This document shows, in pieces, positions 27,957-38,415 of a stretch of 60,805 nt of DNA. Positions within the stretch are counted from its first letter, which is position 1. Each line of letters starts with the position of its first letter. This DNA is from Erythrobacteraceae bacterium. Its GTDB lineage: Bacteria > Pseudomonadota > Alphaproteobacteria > Sphingomonadales > Sphingomonadaceae. The translations under genes and the position numbers were made by a program. A model generated the notes under the pieces. That model had not been told where the DNA came from. It saw only the letters and a list, made by a program, of their open reading frames with translations, and made no database searches. The stretch is from NCBI GenBank assembly GCA_038130205.1, contig JAYPMZ010000001.1, positions 26,276 through 87,080 of the forward strand, in the 5' to 3' direction.

Positions 27957-30140
27957 GTGCTAAACTCGCGCCCTGCCCTTCTCGCAGCCGTTGCCGCCGT
28001 CCTGGCGCTCAATGCCGCTCCCGCAATTGCCGATACACATGAGGACCACACCAGCGTGCCCACTTCCCCTCCCGTCGCCGAGAAGCGCGAACACACATAC
28101 ACCCACCACGGCATCACGATTTCGGACCCCTATGACTGGCTCTATGACAAGTCCTATCCCGAGATCGATGACGAGGATGTGCTCGACTATGTGAAGGCCG
28201 AAAACGCATGGTTCGAAGCGGCGATGGCGCCGCATGGCGAACTGACCGAGGCGCTGTTCACTGAACTGCGTGCGCGCATCAAGGAAGACGATTCCCCCGT
28301 GCCGCAGCGGCGCGGTGATTTCCTCTACTGGTCGGAATTCGAAGAAGGCGCGCAATATCGCAAATATTACCGCAAGCCGGTCGCAGGCGGCGATGCGCAG
28401 CTGATTCTCGACGAAAACGAATTGGCCGAGGGTCTCGAATATTTCCGCCTTGGCGCATTTTCGATTTCCAAGAGCGGGCGCTATCTCGCCTATTCGACCG
28501 ACACCAGCGGGGCCGAGCGCTACACCGCGGTCATCAAGGACTTGCAGACCGGCGAGCTTCTGGCGGACGAAATCCCCGAAGTGCGCACCGGCCTGACCTG
28601 GGTCGCGAATGACAGCGCGCTGGTTTATGGCCCCTCGAACGAAAACTGGCGCACGCTCGAAGCGCGTCTGCATGTGATCGGAACTCCGGTTGCCGATGAC
28701 GTGGTGCTCTACAAGGAAGAAGACGAAAGCTTCAGCGTCGGCGCGGGTCTCTCGGCGCAGGAAGACTACCTCATCATCGCCACCGGCGACAACGAGACGA
28801 GCGAGGTGCGGTTCGTTTCCGCCGACAATCCCACCGGCGATCTGACGCTGGTGAAGGCACGGCAAAAGGGCATCGAATACAGCGTCGATATCCGCGAGGG
28901 AGAGCTGTTCGTCTGGACCAATGACGACCACATCAACTTCCGCCTCGCGAAGGCCGGTGTTGCATCGCCGGGCGAGTGGGAGACGGTGATCGCGGGATCG
29001 GACGAGTTCTACCTCACCGATTTCGAGCTGTTCAAAGACTTCTTCGTCACCGAAGGGCGTCTCAACGGGCTCGATCAGGTCGAGATCCGCACCTATGACG
29101 CGCCCACTGCCGCGCAGCCGATCACCTTCCCGGAGGCCAGCTATACCGCCGGCCTCTCCAACAATCCCGAATATGACCAGAGCGTGCTGCGGCTCACCTA
29201 TGAAAGCATGATCACGCCGGATTCGGTCTATGACTATGACGTCGCGGCCGCTTCGCTCGCGCTGCTCAAGCAGCAGGAGATTCCGAGCGGATACGACGCC
29301 TCGCTCTATGTCACTGAGCGGACCGAAGTGCAGGCTCGCGACGGGACGATGGTTCCGGTTAGCGTGGTGATGCGCAAGGACCGGGCGGAAATCCTCGAAG
29401 CGGCTGGCATCGAAGGCCCGGGCCCGCTGCATCTCTATGCCTATGGCGCTTATGGCTATGCCATTCCGCCGGGCTTTTCGACCACGCGCCTCAGCCTCGT
29501 CGATCGGGGCTTTGCCTATGCCATCGCGCATATTCGCGGCGGCGATGATCTGGGGCGGCGCTGGTATTTGCAGGGCAAGATGTTCGAGCGGACCAACACC
29601 TTCAACGATTTTGTCGATGCCGGACGCGGGCTGATCGCGCAGGGCTTCACCGCCGAGGGCATGGTCACCGCCAGCGGCGGTTCAGCCGGCGGCGAGCTGA
29701 TGGGCGCGATCGTAAATCAGGACCCCGAGCAATATGGCGCAGTGGTCGCGCATGTGCCCTTCGTCGACGTGCTCAACACCATGCTCAACGCCGAGCTTCC
29801 GCTGACCCCGGGCGAATGGCAGGAATGGGGCAATCCCATCACCGACAAGGCAGCCTTCGCCTATATCCTGTCCTATTCGCCTTATGATCAGGTCAAGGCG
29901 CAGGACTACCCGCCGATGCTGGTGACTGCGGGCCTCAACGATCCGCTCGTGACCTATTGGGAGCCTGCCAAATGGGTCGCTCGCCTGCGTGATGTGAAGA
30001 CCGATGACAATGTGCTGCTTTTGAAGACCAATATGGGTGCAGGACACGGCGGGCAGTCGGGCCGCTGGAATTCCCTGCGCGAGACGGCCGAGGAGTTCTC
30101 TTTCATTCTGTGGCAGATGGGGATGACCGGAGAGGAATGA
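27957..30140 (+). CDS. ptrB: Oligopeptidase B (S9A) with signal peptide
   Basis: DPYDWL, YGAYG, GGSAGG nucleophile elbow, WEPAKW, GAGHGG. Confidence 0.9.
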   Translation: MLNSRPALLAAVAAVLALNAAPAIADTHEDHTSVPTSPPVAEKREHTYTHHGITISDPYDWLYDKSYPEIDDEDVLDYVKAENAWFEAAMAPHGELTEALFTELRARIKEDDSPVPQRRGDFLYWSEFEEGAQYRKYYRKPVAGGDAQLILDENELAEGLEYFRLGAFSISKSGRYLAYSTDTSGAERYTAVIKDLQTGELLADEIPEVRTGLTWVANDSALVYGPSNENWRTLEARLHVIGTPVADDVVLYKEEDESFSVGAGLSAQEDYLIIATGDNETSEVRFVSADNPTGDLTLVKARQKGIEYSVDIREGELFVWTNDDHINFRLAKAGVASPGEWETVIAGSDEFYLTDFELFKDFFVTEGRLNGLDQVEIRTYDAPTAAQPITFPEASYTAGLSNNPEYDQSVLRLTYESMITPDSVYDYDVAAASLALLKQQEIPSGYDASLYVTERTEVQARDGTMVPVSVVMRKDRAEILEAAGIEGPGPLHLYAYGAYGYAIPPGFSTTRLSLVDRGFAYAIAHIRGGDDLGRRWYLQGKMFERTNTFNDFVDAGRGLIAQGFTAEGMVTASGGSAGGELMGAIVNQDPEQYGAVVAHVPFVDVLNTMLNAELPLTPGEWQEWGNPITDKAAFAYILSYSPYDQVKAQDYPPMLVTAGLNDPLVTYWEPAKWVARLRDVKTDDNVLLLKTNMGAGHGGQSGRWNSLRETAEEFSFILWQMGMTGEE

Positions 30141-30535
30141 CACACTCATTCTCTCGCGACTTCACTGCTGCACCCGAACACATTGACGAGCTCGGCCACG
30201 TCAACAATTCGGTCTGGGTGCAATGGATTCAGGCCATCGCCACCGCGCATTGGGACGCGGTGGCGCTGCCTGAGCATCGCGGGGCGTCTTGCTGGGTCGT
30301 GACCCGTCACGAGATCGATTATCGCGGGAACATCGGCGAAGGAGAGGTTGCGCACGGCACGACCTGTATTCCGGGCGAGGCACGCGGCGCGCAGTCGGTG
30401 CGGCAAGTCGAATTTGTCGATGATGCGGGCAAGCTGCTGGTTCGCGCCGAGACCACCTGGGCCATGCTCGACCGGGCATCTGGCCGGCTGGCACGGGTGC
30501 GGCCCGAAGTGCTCGCGCCCTTCCGCACGGATTAG
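30137..30535 (+). CDS. Acyl-CoA thioesterase (hotdog fold)
   Basis: IDELGHVNN, WVVTRHEIDY; ATGA overlap with ptrB. Confidence 0.88.
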   Translation: MTHSFSRDFTAAPEHIDELGHVNNSVWVQWIQAIATAHWDAVALPEHRGASCWVVTRHEIDYRGNIGEGEVAHGTTCIPGEARGAQSVRQVEFVDDAGKLLVRAETTWAMLDRASGRLARVRPEVLAPFRTD

Positions 30536-32235
30536 GCGGCGGCCTGTTTGCTCCTCATGCCCGCCCGCTTGGCAGGCCTGAACAACTGGAGCCGCTCATA
30601 AAGCATGCGGTTCCGCCCCGAAGACTTCGCCTCGTAAAGCAGCTTGTCGGCGCGGGCATAGATATCCTCGAACTCCATCAGGCCGAGAGCATCGCGCGGC
30701 ATCTCCAGCACGCCCATGCTGGCGGTTACCATCCGGTCGAGACCCGGCACTTCGGCAGCAATCCGGCGCGGGATGGACTGGCGTAGCTCCTCTGCTCTCT
30801 CGGTTGATTTAACCCCGCGCAGCAACAGAACGAATTCCTCGCCCCCAAGCCTGATCGCAATTACGTCGCGGTCCCCTTCGCAGCGGATTGCCTGCGCACA
30901 CGCGACCAGCACGTTGTCGCCGACCTGATGGCCGTGATCGTCATTGATGCTCTTGAACTTGTCGAGATCGATCAGCGCGAAGGTGTCGAAGCCCTGCTCG
31001 CGCAACTCTTCATAACGGCTATCGATCACGCGCCTGTTAAGCAGGCCGGTGAGCGAGTCGCGCTGCGCCTCGCCTTCGAGCACGTGGAGCTCGCCCTGTG
31101 CGCGGTCGCGGTCGCGCTTGATCGAGAGGAAGCGTCCCGCCACGCCCAGCGAGGTGGCGCTGACTTCGAGGATGGTCGCCACGAGCAGAACCTCGTTCGT
31201 ATCGAGCGACGGGAAACCGGGAAAGAGGATCGATATAACGCGCGATATGCCCGCGATCAGGAGCGGGCTAAGGCCGACCAGCAGGAAAACTGCCATACGA
31301 CTGCCCCTGACAGTCGCCGCGACAAGCAAGGCACCAAAAGCCGCGCAGAGCGGCGCACCCAGAAGGTATTGGATAGTCGTTGGCCACGGACCGAGGGCTT
31401 CAATTCCAATCATGCGAACAACGCCCAGAGCGGCAAAGGCTGCTGTAAGACCCACGATAGTCTGGCGGATTGATCGTGGGACGCAGGCGCGCTCGATAAA
31501 GTGCAGTGAAAACATTGCTACAGCGACCAGCATCAGCGCAAACCAGCCAATCGCGAGCCGCTGCGCCACGGACACTGTGACACTGACAAAGGCGGTGTAG
31601 AGCCCGAAGTTGATGATTAGTTGTCCGGCGAGGCAGGCAACCAGCGCGATGTGCCAGAGGATGAATTTCCTGCGCAGCATACGATAGAAGACGACATCGA
31701 ACAGGATCGGCATCAACATCATGCCGGTGAGCAACGCCACCACCAGCAACATGGCGATATCCGCTCTTGTTGAACCGGGCAGCTCGGCCTCAAGCCGAAG
31801 CTGCTCGATAGTCGCGGCTTGCGTCACGCGGTCAACGGCGACCAGCACGGCATCGGGCTGGCCGTCATATTCGGGCAGGGGGATGAAGAACTGGCGGTCG
31901 AACAGGGTTGCCTCGACCTCGTCGAAATCGACGCTCTTCCAGGTAATCTGTTCGCCGCTGACAACACCGATACTGATGCTGGAGAAAATCGCCGAACGGC
32001 TGATGACGAAGCGCGGATTGCTTCCTTCGGCCACGTCCAGCCGCACAACATTGCGCGGCGCGTCGAGGTCAGGTTTTCCGGGAGCGCATTTCCATGCGTC
32101 GGGGGCGACGGTTTCGAGCGGGCCCGCTTGCGAGGCAGTGCAAAGATTCTGGGACTGTGCGCGCACTGTTCCCGGCGCCAGCCCGATAGCGAGCAGCGTT
32201 ACAGCGAACAGGGTCAGGATCAGATTGCGCCCCAT
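30532..32235 (-). CDS. Membrane diguanylate cyclase (periplasmic domain + 7TM-DISM-like + GGDEF)
   Basis: DSLTGLLNRR, DLDKFKSIND, RLGGEEF, ADKLLYEAK; about 7 TMs. Confidence 0.92.
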   Translation of the reverse strand: MGRNLILTLFAVTLLAIGLAPGTVRAQSQNLCTASQAGPLETVAPDAWKCAPGKPDLDAPRNVVRLDVAEGSNPRFVISRSAIFSSISIGVVSGEQITWKSVDFDEVEATLFDRQFFIPLPEYDGQPDAVLVAVDRVTQAATIEQLRLEAELPGSTRADIAMLLVVALLTGMMLMPILFDVVFYRMLRRKFILWHIALVACLAGQLIINFGLYTAFVSVTVSVAQRLAIGWFALMLVAVAMFSLHFIERACVPRSIRQTIVGLTAAFAALGVVRMIGIEALGPWPTTIQYLLGAPLCAAFGALLVAATVRGSRMAVFLLVGLSPLLIAGISRVISILFPGFPSLDTNEVLLVATILEVSATSLGVAGRFLSIKRDRDRAQGELHVLEGEAQRDSLTGLLNRRVIDSRYEELREQGFDTFALIDLDKFKSINDDHGHQVGDNVLVACAQAIRCEGDRDVIAIRLGGEEFVLLLRGVKSTERAEELRQSIPRRIAAEVPGLDRMVTASMGVLEMPRDALGLMEFEDIYARADKLLYEAKSSGRNRMLYERLQLFRPAKRAGMRSKQAAA

Positions 32236-32478
32236 GGCGTCTGTTTTAACAGGAATACCCCTAAGATGCTCTTAAGCAGGGATGGTCCGATTTGGATGAT
32301 AAAACTGCGTCAATTCAGGCCTCTGCCTGCTCGGGCATCACCTGTTTTGCGCAAATGCTCGAAACGGTTCCGATCCGGATCGGGGTGGTTTTTCCAGCGT
32401 GTGGTTAAGGGTTTCGAGACCCGTCAGGCCGTTGCAAACACCGCTTGTGCGAAAATCGCGCGCCGCTAATCTGCTGCC

Positions 32479-33642
32479 ATGAGCAACCGCAAGATCGAGG
32501 CATGGCACGCTGCCGGGTTGATCGACGAACCCACGGCTGCGCGGCTCATAGCCTATGAAACCGAACATGCGCGTCCGCTCGCGCTGTGGGCGGTGTTCGG
32601 GATTGGTGCGCTGGCGATCGGACTCGGGCTCGTTTCGATAGTCGCTGCCAATTGGGAGGATATTCCCGGTCAGGTGCGGCTCGGCATCCATTTTGCTTTG
32701 TTTCTTGGTGGTTGCGTGGCTCTTGCGTTGCGCGACAGGCAGATCGCACAAGCCTCACCTTGGGCGAGCGAGGCGCTTTTGTTCGTCCTCGCAGTGTTGG
32801 CGCTGACCTTCTTCGGCCATCTGGGGCAGGTGTACCAGACCAGCGCTCCGCTATGGGAGCCGCTGGCGCTGTGGCTTGCGCTCACGGGGCCAATGATGCT
32901 GCTCTATGGACGCGGCTGGCCGGTTGCTGCCCTGCTGGCAGGCGGGGCGGTCTATTGTGTCTGGGAATACAATTATGCGGTCACCGATCTGCTGGTGCGC
33001 GATGGTGACCACGTTCCCTATCTGCGGGCGGCTTTGGTCACGGCTCTGCCCATCTTGTTCGCTCCGGCAGCGGCGTGGATGCGCGGTCGCAGCCCGCGCT
33101 CGAGCTTCTGGAAACGGCTCGAACAGCTGGCCTTCACTTATGCCGTTGTCGGCGCCTCAATGGCCTGCGTGATCGCAAGCGTTGGCGGATATGGCGAGGA
33201 CTGGACGGCGCTTGCCGCCTCAGCGCAGCTCGTCCGCGCAGCGATCGTCCTGCTGGCCGGCATTGGCGTGCTGCTCCTACGGCGGACCAGATCGGGCCAG
33301 ATGGCAGGAACTGTTCTGGCCGGAGCGGCGCTGGTCATCGCCCTTGCGCGCGACGTCGACGATGTTGATGTGCTGGCGGCCGGGCTTTTCATGCTGCTGT
33401 GGATCGGGATCGCCGGAGCAGCGCTCGTCGCGGGCTGGCGCGGCGTGTTTCAGCTGGCGGTTGCGGTCGTCGCTTTCCGGCTGATCGTGCTGAGTTTCGA
33501 GCTGGCGAGCGACCTGCTGTTGTCCGGTTTCGGTCTGGTCATCGCTGGATTGATGATCCTCCTCGTGGCGTTTGTCGCCGTGCGGATTTCGCGTCAATTC
33601 GCCCCGCAAACTGTGCGCGACGATGGGGAGAGCGCAGCATGA
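32479..33642 (+). CDS. DUF2157-like integral membrane protein
   Basis: W...GLID, IVAANWEDIP, GQVYQ; many TMs. Confidence 0.8.
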   Translation: MSNRKIEAWHAAGLIDEPTAARLIAYETEHARPLALWAVFGIGALAIGLGLVSIVAANWEDIPGQVRLGIHFALFLGGCVALALRDRQIAQASPWASEALLFVLAVLALTFFGHLGQVYQTSAPLWEPLALWLALTGPMMLLYGRGWPVAALLAGGAVYCVWEYNYAVTDLLVRDGDHVPYLRAALVTALPILFAPAAAWMRGRSPRSSFWKRLEQLAFTYAVVGASMACVIASVGGYGEDWTALAASAQLVRAAIVLLAGIGVLLLRRTRSGQMAGTVLAGAALVIALARDVDDVDVLAAGLFMLLWIGIAGAALVAGWRGVFQLAVAVVAFRLIVLSFELASDLLLSGFGLVIAGLMILLVAFVAVRISRQFAPQTVRDDGESAA

Positions 33643-34211
33643 ATGTCGCCGCACGCATCGCTGTATTCGCTCTGCCGGTGATCGGGCTGGGCGGGCTTTG
33701 GGCCCTGAGCGACTACGAAAGCCGACATGGTACGCAGTGGGATGTCGCCATCGAAGGCTACGACCCGCGCGACCTGCTGCGCGGGCATTATGTCGAGTTT
33801 ACCTATGACTGGGACGTGCATGGCGACGCCGTCGAATTGCAGGACGAGTTCGGATTTCGCCAACAGGTCGATCGCTTTTGCCTGACCGGATCGCCGCCCG
33901 GCCCGCCGGTCATTGACGAGATCAATGGCGATATTTCCGCTTGCGACTTTCCGGTCGAGGCTGACTGGAGCGGGGTTTACGGTGACGATGGCCTGATGCG
34001 CGGGCGGCTTTATGTGGGACAGGACCGTGCACGCGAAATCGAACAGGCGATGTTCGACCAGGATATGCGCGCGATCGTGCGCGTGCGATTGGGCGAAAAC
34101 CGTCGGCTGACCCCGCTCGACATCAGCTTTCGTCCGCTGACGGCGCAGGAGCAGTCAGAGCGCGATGCGCAGCTTGCCGATGTTTCCGAGACGGAATTAC
34201 CCGCGGAATAA
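33639..34211 (+). CDS. GDYXXLXY-domain protein
   Basis: DPRDLLRGHYVEFTY; N-terminal TM; ATGA overlap with the DUF2157 gene. Confidence 0.8.
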   Translation: MNVAARIAVFALPVIGLGGLWALSDYESRHGTQWDVAIEGYDPRDLLRGHYVEFTYDWDVHGDAVELQDEFGFRQQVDRFCLTGSPPGPPVIDEINGDISACDFPVEADWSGVYGDDGLMRGRLYVGQDRAREIEQAMFDQDMRAIVRVRLGENRRLTPLDISFRPLTAQEQSERDAQLADVSETELPAE

Positions 34212-34230
34212 TCCCCCGCAGAGGTGCAGG

Positions 34231-36630
34231 TCAGAGCGGATTGCCGTCCTGATCGCGGAAAATCTCGCGGCGCCCGACGTGGTTTGCGGGGCCGACCAGC
34301 CCTTCGCTCTCCATCCGCTCGATCCATTTTGCAGCGGTGTTGTAGCCCACGCCCATCTGGCGCTGGAGCCACGAACCCGATGCCTTCTGGTTCTCGATCA
34401 CGATCTGGCACGCTTGACGGTATTTGCGCTCTTCGGGATTGTCCGATGCGGTGAGCTCGTCCTCGAAATTGAGGCCGAAGCCTTCCTCCGGCTCCTCCGT
34501 GACCGCATCGACATATTCGGGAGCGCCCTGCGCGCGCCAGAAATCGGCTACCGATTCAACCTCTTCGTCCGATACGAAGGGGCAGTGGACGCGCACGGTC
34601 GCGCCGGTGTTGGGCTTGTAGAGCATGTCGCCCTTGCCCAGCAGCTGCTCGGCACCCTGTTCGCCCAGAATGGTGCGGCTGTCGATGCGGCTCGTCACCT
34701 TGAAGCTGATGCGGGTCGGCAGGTTCGCCTTGATGACGCCGGTGATGACATCGACCGAAGGGCGCTGCGTCGCCATGATCAGGTGGATGCCTGCCGCACG
34801 CGACTTTTGCGAAAGGCGCTGGATCAGCACTTCGATTTCCTTGCCGACGGTGACCATGAGGTCGGCGAGTTCATCGACGATGAGCACAATCTGCGGCAGC
34901 GGTTCGTAATCGAGCTGCTCTTCTTCATACAACTGCTCGCCCGTATCGGGGTCGAAGCCGGTCTGCACGCGGCGGCCGAGCGGCTTGCCCTTGGCAGCAG
35001 CGGCGCGGACCTTTTCATTGAAACCCGAAAGGTTGCGCGAATTGATGCTGCTCATCATCCGGTAGCGCCGTTCCATCTCCTCGACCGCCCATTTGAGCGC
35101 GCGCACGCTCTTGTGCGGCTCTGTCACCACGGGCGAGAGCAGGTGCGGGATGTCGTCATAGGTCTTGAGCTCAAGCACCTTTGGATCGATCAGGATCAGG
35201 CGACATTCGGCTGGCGTGAAGTGGTAAAGCAGCGAAAGCAGGATACAGTTCAAGCCGACCGACTTACCCGAGCCGGTGGTCCCTGCGACCAGCAGGTGAG
35301 GCATGGCGGCAAGATCGGCAATTATCGGTTCGCCCGCGATATCCTTGCCCAGAATGATCGGCAGTGAGCCTTTGCTTTCGGCGAAGGCGGCACAGGCGGC
35401 GAGCTCCTTGAGCATCACCATCTGGCGGTCCTTGTTGGGCAATTCGATGCCCATCACCGTCTTGCCCGGAATGGGCGAGACGCGCGCGCTGATTGCGGAC
35501 ATGTTGCGCGCAATATCTTCGGCAAGACCCACCACGCGGCTCGCCTTGATGCCGGGCGCCGGTTCAAGCTCGTACATGGTCACCACCGGGCCGGTACGCA
35601 CGGCGGTGATTTCGCCCTTCACGTTAAAGTCGTCGAGCACGTTTTCGAGCAGACGAGCATTGCGTTCGAGCGCCATCTTGTCGAGCTTGGGCGCGGTGTC
35701 CTCCGGCGGCTCGGCAAGCAGATCGAGGCTCGGCAATTCATAGGCGGCGAACATGTCGCGCTGCGCCTTTTTGGCGACCGGATTGGCGCGCTTGGGCGGC
35801 GCTGACGGATCGGTGATTTCGGGCGAGCGGCGCGGGGCGGCCTCGGCTTCGGGAGCGGTTTCGCGCTTCGGTTTCGTGCGACGCGCCTTGCTGGCAGGGG
35901 CAGCGGTTTCGTCATCGTCATCGGCAAAATCGAGCTCTCGCTCGCCGCGGCCGCCGAAAAAGGGCAGGCGCGACAGCAAGGCGCCGCCGCCGAGAAATTC
36001 GGGCAGGCTCAACAACACGCGCCAGTCGATCGCAAAAACGCGGGTGACGAGCACGGCGGCCCCGCCAAGGCAGGCAAGCGCGCCCGCCAGCGTGATCCAC
36101 CCCGAAGCGCCTTCGCCAAAACGTGCAGCGACCGCTTCGATGCCTGCCGCACCCAGCAGGCCCGAAACCCCGCCCAATTGCGCCGGCAGCGTTCCGCCGC
36201 TGTTTTCGAAAGCGAGGCTGAGGACAGTGCCGAGCAGAACGATGGCGATCAGCAGCAGGCCGGTAGGCAGCCACCAGCGCGTCGTCTCGCCATCCTCGCT
36301 GTCAAGTTCGACCGCACGCCAAAGCTTGCGCGCCGAGATATAGAGCAGCGGGAGCAGCAAGAGGCCCGGCAGGCCAAGCGCGAACAGCACGCGATCCGAA
36401 ACCCACGCGCCCCACGCGCCCATCCAGTTCGAAATCTGCGCCGGATCGGCGGCGGTCGACGGGCTTGGGTCGGTCTGAGTGTAGCTTGCCAGCGACAGCG
36501 CGAGAAACACCATAGCCGCCAGCAGCACGCCCGCGCCCGTCATCTGCGTCACGCGGCGCATGGTGCGGCGGAGTCCGATCCGCCATTCGGCATGGGTTTG
36601 CTTGCGAGTGGTCATAGCGCGGGTCGCCAT
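34231..36630 (-). CDS. ftsK: DNA translocase FtsK
   Basis: N-terminal TMs, PHLLVAGTTGSGKS, DELADLM, ATQRPSVD, gamma domain GYNTAA. Confidence 0.97.
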   Translation of the reverse strand: MATRAMTTRKQTHAEWRIGLRRTMRRVTQMTGAGVLLAAMVFLALSLASYTQTDPSPSTAADPAQISNWMGAWGAWVSDRVLFALGLPGLLLLPLLYISARKLWRAVELDSEDGETTRWWLPTGLLLIAIVLLGTVLSLAFENSGGTLPAQLGGVSGLLGAAGIEAVAARFGEGASGWITLAGALACLGGAAVLVTRVFAIDWRVLLSLPEFLGGGALLSRLPFFGGRGERELDFADDDDETAAPASKARRTKPKRETAPEAEAAPRRSPEITDPSAPPKRANPVAKKAQRDMFAAYELPSLDLLAEPPEDTAPKLDKMALERNARLLENVLDDFNVKGEITAVRTGPVVTMYELEPAPGIKASRVVGLAEDIARNMSAISARVSPIPGKTVMGIELPNKDRQMVMLKELAACAAFAESKGSLPIILGKDIAGEPIIADLAAMPHLLVAGTTGSGKSVGLNCILLSLLYHFTPAECRLILIDPKVLELKTYDDIPHLLSPVVTEPHKSVRALKWAVEEMERRYRMMSSINSRNLSGFNEKVRAAAAKGKPLGRRVQTGFDPDTGEQLYEEEQLDYEPLPQIVLIVDELADLMVTVGKEIEVLIQRLSQKSRAAGIHLIMATQRPSVDVITGVIKANLPTRISFKVTSRIDSRTILGEQGAEQLLGKGDMLYKPNTGATVRVHCPFVSDEEVESVADFWRAQGAPEYVDAVTEEPEEGFGLNFEDELTASDNPEERKYRQACQIVIENQKASGSWLQRQMGVGYNTAAKWIERMESEGLVGPANHVGRREIFRDQDGNPL

Positions 36631-36704
36631 AGGGGGCTCCCAAAGGGATGGGTGTTACGGGAACACACCATGAATCCTCCGGGACTCGGGGTCAAGGAGA
36701 GAGG

Positions 36705-37241
36705 CTAGCTCAGACCGTCAATTGCCGCCCACCGTGGCCAATCGAGCGCGGCGGCGCGATGCGCGTCCATACCGCCGAGCGCGATGACGGGGGCTTGTGA
36801 GGGGCGCGCGAGCAGGCGGAACTTTGCTGCGCCAAGCACTGGTGCACCGGGATGCGAACGGGTGGCGAAAACGGGTGAAAGCAACACGGCATCGGCCCCG
36901 AGGCGGTTGGCGAGGCCGATTTCAGCCAGATCATGCGCGGTGGCGAGGTGCAGAAGGTCCCTGCGTGTCGGCCAGAGGCTGCGCGGTGCGCCGTAAATGC
37001 CATCTGCGCCCCATTCGGTCGCGGTGATCGCGCTGTCGGCGAGGATCACCGTATGCCCGCAGCTGCGCGCCACATGGCGCAAGGTGCGAAACCGCTGCCA
37101 TCTTTCGGGGTCGCCGAGGTGGTAGTGGCGATAGATAAACCCGCTCCCGCGCGGCATCCGGCGCAGCGCCTGTTCGAGCACCGCGTCGTTGCGCGCATCG
37201 GATATCAGCCAAATGGCGGGAAGGGGCGTTGAATCTCTCAC
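36705..37241 (-). CDS. Thiamine-phosphate synthase/TenI-like protein
   Basis: LLSPVFATRSHPG, VIALGGM; probable GTG start 37241. Confidence 0.8.
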   Translation of the reverse strand: MRDSTPLPAIWLISDARNDAVLEQALRRMPRGSGFIYRHYHLGDPERWQRFRTLRHVARSCGHTVILADSAITATEWGADGIYGAPRSLWPTRRDLLHLATAHDLAEIGLANRLGADAVLLSPVFATRSHPGAPVLGAAKFRLLARPSQAPVIALGGMDAHRAAALDWPRWAAIDGLS

Positions 37242-37263
37242 CGACCCGCTATAGCTGGCGCTC

Positions 37264-37926
37264 ATGGAAAGTGCAGCAAGTCGTCTCCCAGAAGTCGAAT
37301 CCAATATCGCCCGCATGTGCAAACCCTCGCGGCGCGAGCCGGCGGCTGTCACGCTGATCGCGGTCAGCAAGACGCATCCAGTCGAGCGGATCGAGCCTTT
37401 GCTCGAAGCAGGCCACCGCGTGTTCGGCGAGAACCGCGTGCAGGAAGCGCAGGACAAATGGACCGCGCTGCGCGAGGCTTATCCCGATGTCCAATTGCAT
37501 CTGATCGGCCAGCTGCAATCGAACAAGGCGGAGGAAGCGGTCGAACTGTTCGACGTCATCCACTCGCTCGATCGTGAAAGCCTCTTGAAAGCATTGGCAA
37601 AGGCCATGGACAAAGCGGACAAGCGCGTGCCGTGTTTCGTGCAGGTCAATATCGGTGATGAAGAACAAAAGGGCGGCTGCCCGATTGCCGAATTGCCCGA
37701 ATTTCTAACCAAGGTGCGTGCGGCCGACATTCCGGTCGCCGGACTGATGTGCCTGCCGCCCGCCGACATCGAACCTGCACCCTTCTTCGCGCTGCTCTAC
37801 AAGCTGGCGCAGGACAATGGCGTTGACGGCTTGTCGATGGGCATGAGCGGCGACTACGAGACCGCCGTGCAGTTGGGCGCGACCCATGTACGCGTCGGCA
37901 CGGCGCTGTTCGGTGAGCGCGGATGA
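37264..37926 (+). CDS. yggS: PLP homeostasis protein
   Basis: LIAVSKT, FGENRVQE, HLIGQLQSNK, LSMGMSGD, VRVGTALFG. Confidence 0.96.
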   Translation: MESAASRLPEVESNIARMCKPSRREPAAVTLIAVSKTHPVERIEPLLEAGHRVFGENRVQEAQDKWTALREAYPDVQLHLIGQLQSNKAEEAVELFDVIHSLDRESLLKALAKAMDKADKRVPCFVQVNIGDEEQKGGCPIAELPEFLTKVRAADIPVAGLMCLPPADIEPAPFFALLYKLAQDNGVDGLSMGMSGDYETAVQLGATHVRVGTALFGERG

Positions 37927-38405
37927 GCGACACGCTCGCGCGGCTCGAAAGCTTTATCTCTGACTGGCGCAAGCCGCTTTCAGGCTGTGCAGAAACCGTT
38001 TTTCACGCGGTTCCGCGTGCTGGCTTTAGCGGCGCAGCGCCGCAGATCGCCGACAACCTGGTATCTGCGCATGGCTACAAGCCGATCGGGTTCGATTGGG
38101 AACTGCTCGATACCGCAGCCGAACCCGACGCTCCGCGCTCCGCGCTTGGGGCGTTCGAGGATGCCTTGGCGAAAGACCTCGCGATGAAGGGTGAATGGCT
38201 GGGGTCGGAGCGTGCGCTTCGATGCGGGCGCGACTTCATCGATGCTTTCGCTCTGCATAGCGCGACGGTTCTGACGAATCACATTGTGCGCGGGGGCGGC
38301 AAGAGCGAGGGCTGGAACCCGGTTTCTGGCGCCACATATGAGTGGGCGTTCATCGGCTTCGATAACAGCGCCGCGGCGCTGCTGCTCGTCACTTCCGAGG
38401 GCTGA
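37923..38405 (+). CDS. Hypothetical protein
   Basis: ATGA overlap with yggS; fills the gap up to the terminator. Confidence 0.7.
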   Translation: MSDTLARLESFISDWRKPLSGCAETVFHAVPRAGFSGAAPQIADNLVSAHGYKPIGFDWELLDTAAEPDAPRSALGAFEDALAKDLAMKGEWLGSERALRCGRDFIDAFALHSATVLTNHIVRGGGKSEGWNPVSGATYEWAFIGFDNSAAALLLVTSEG

Positions 38406-38415
38406 AGCGCCAACG

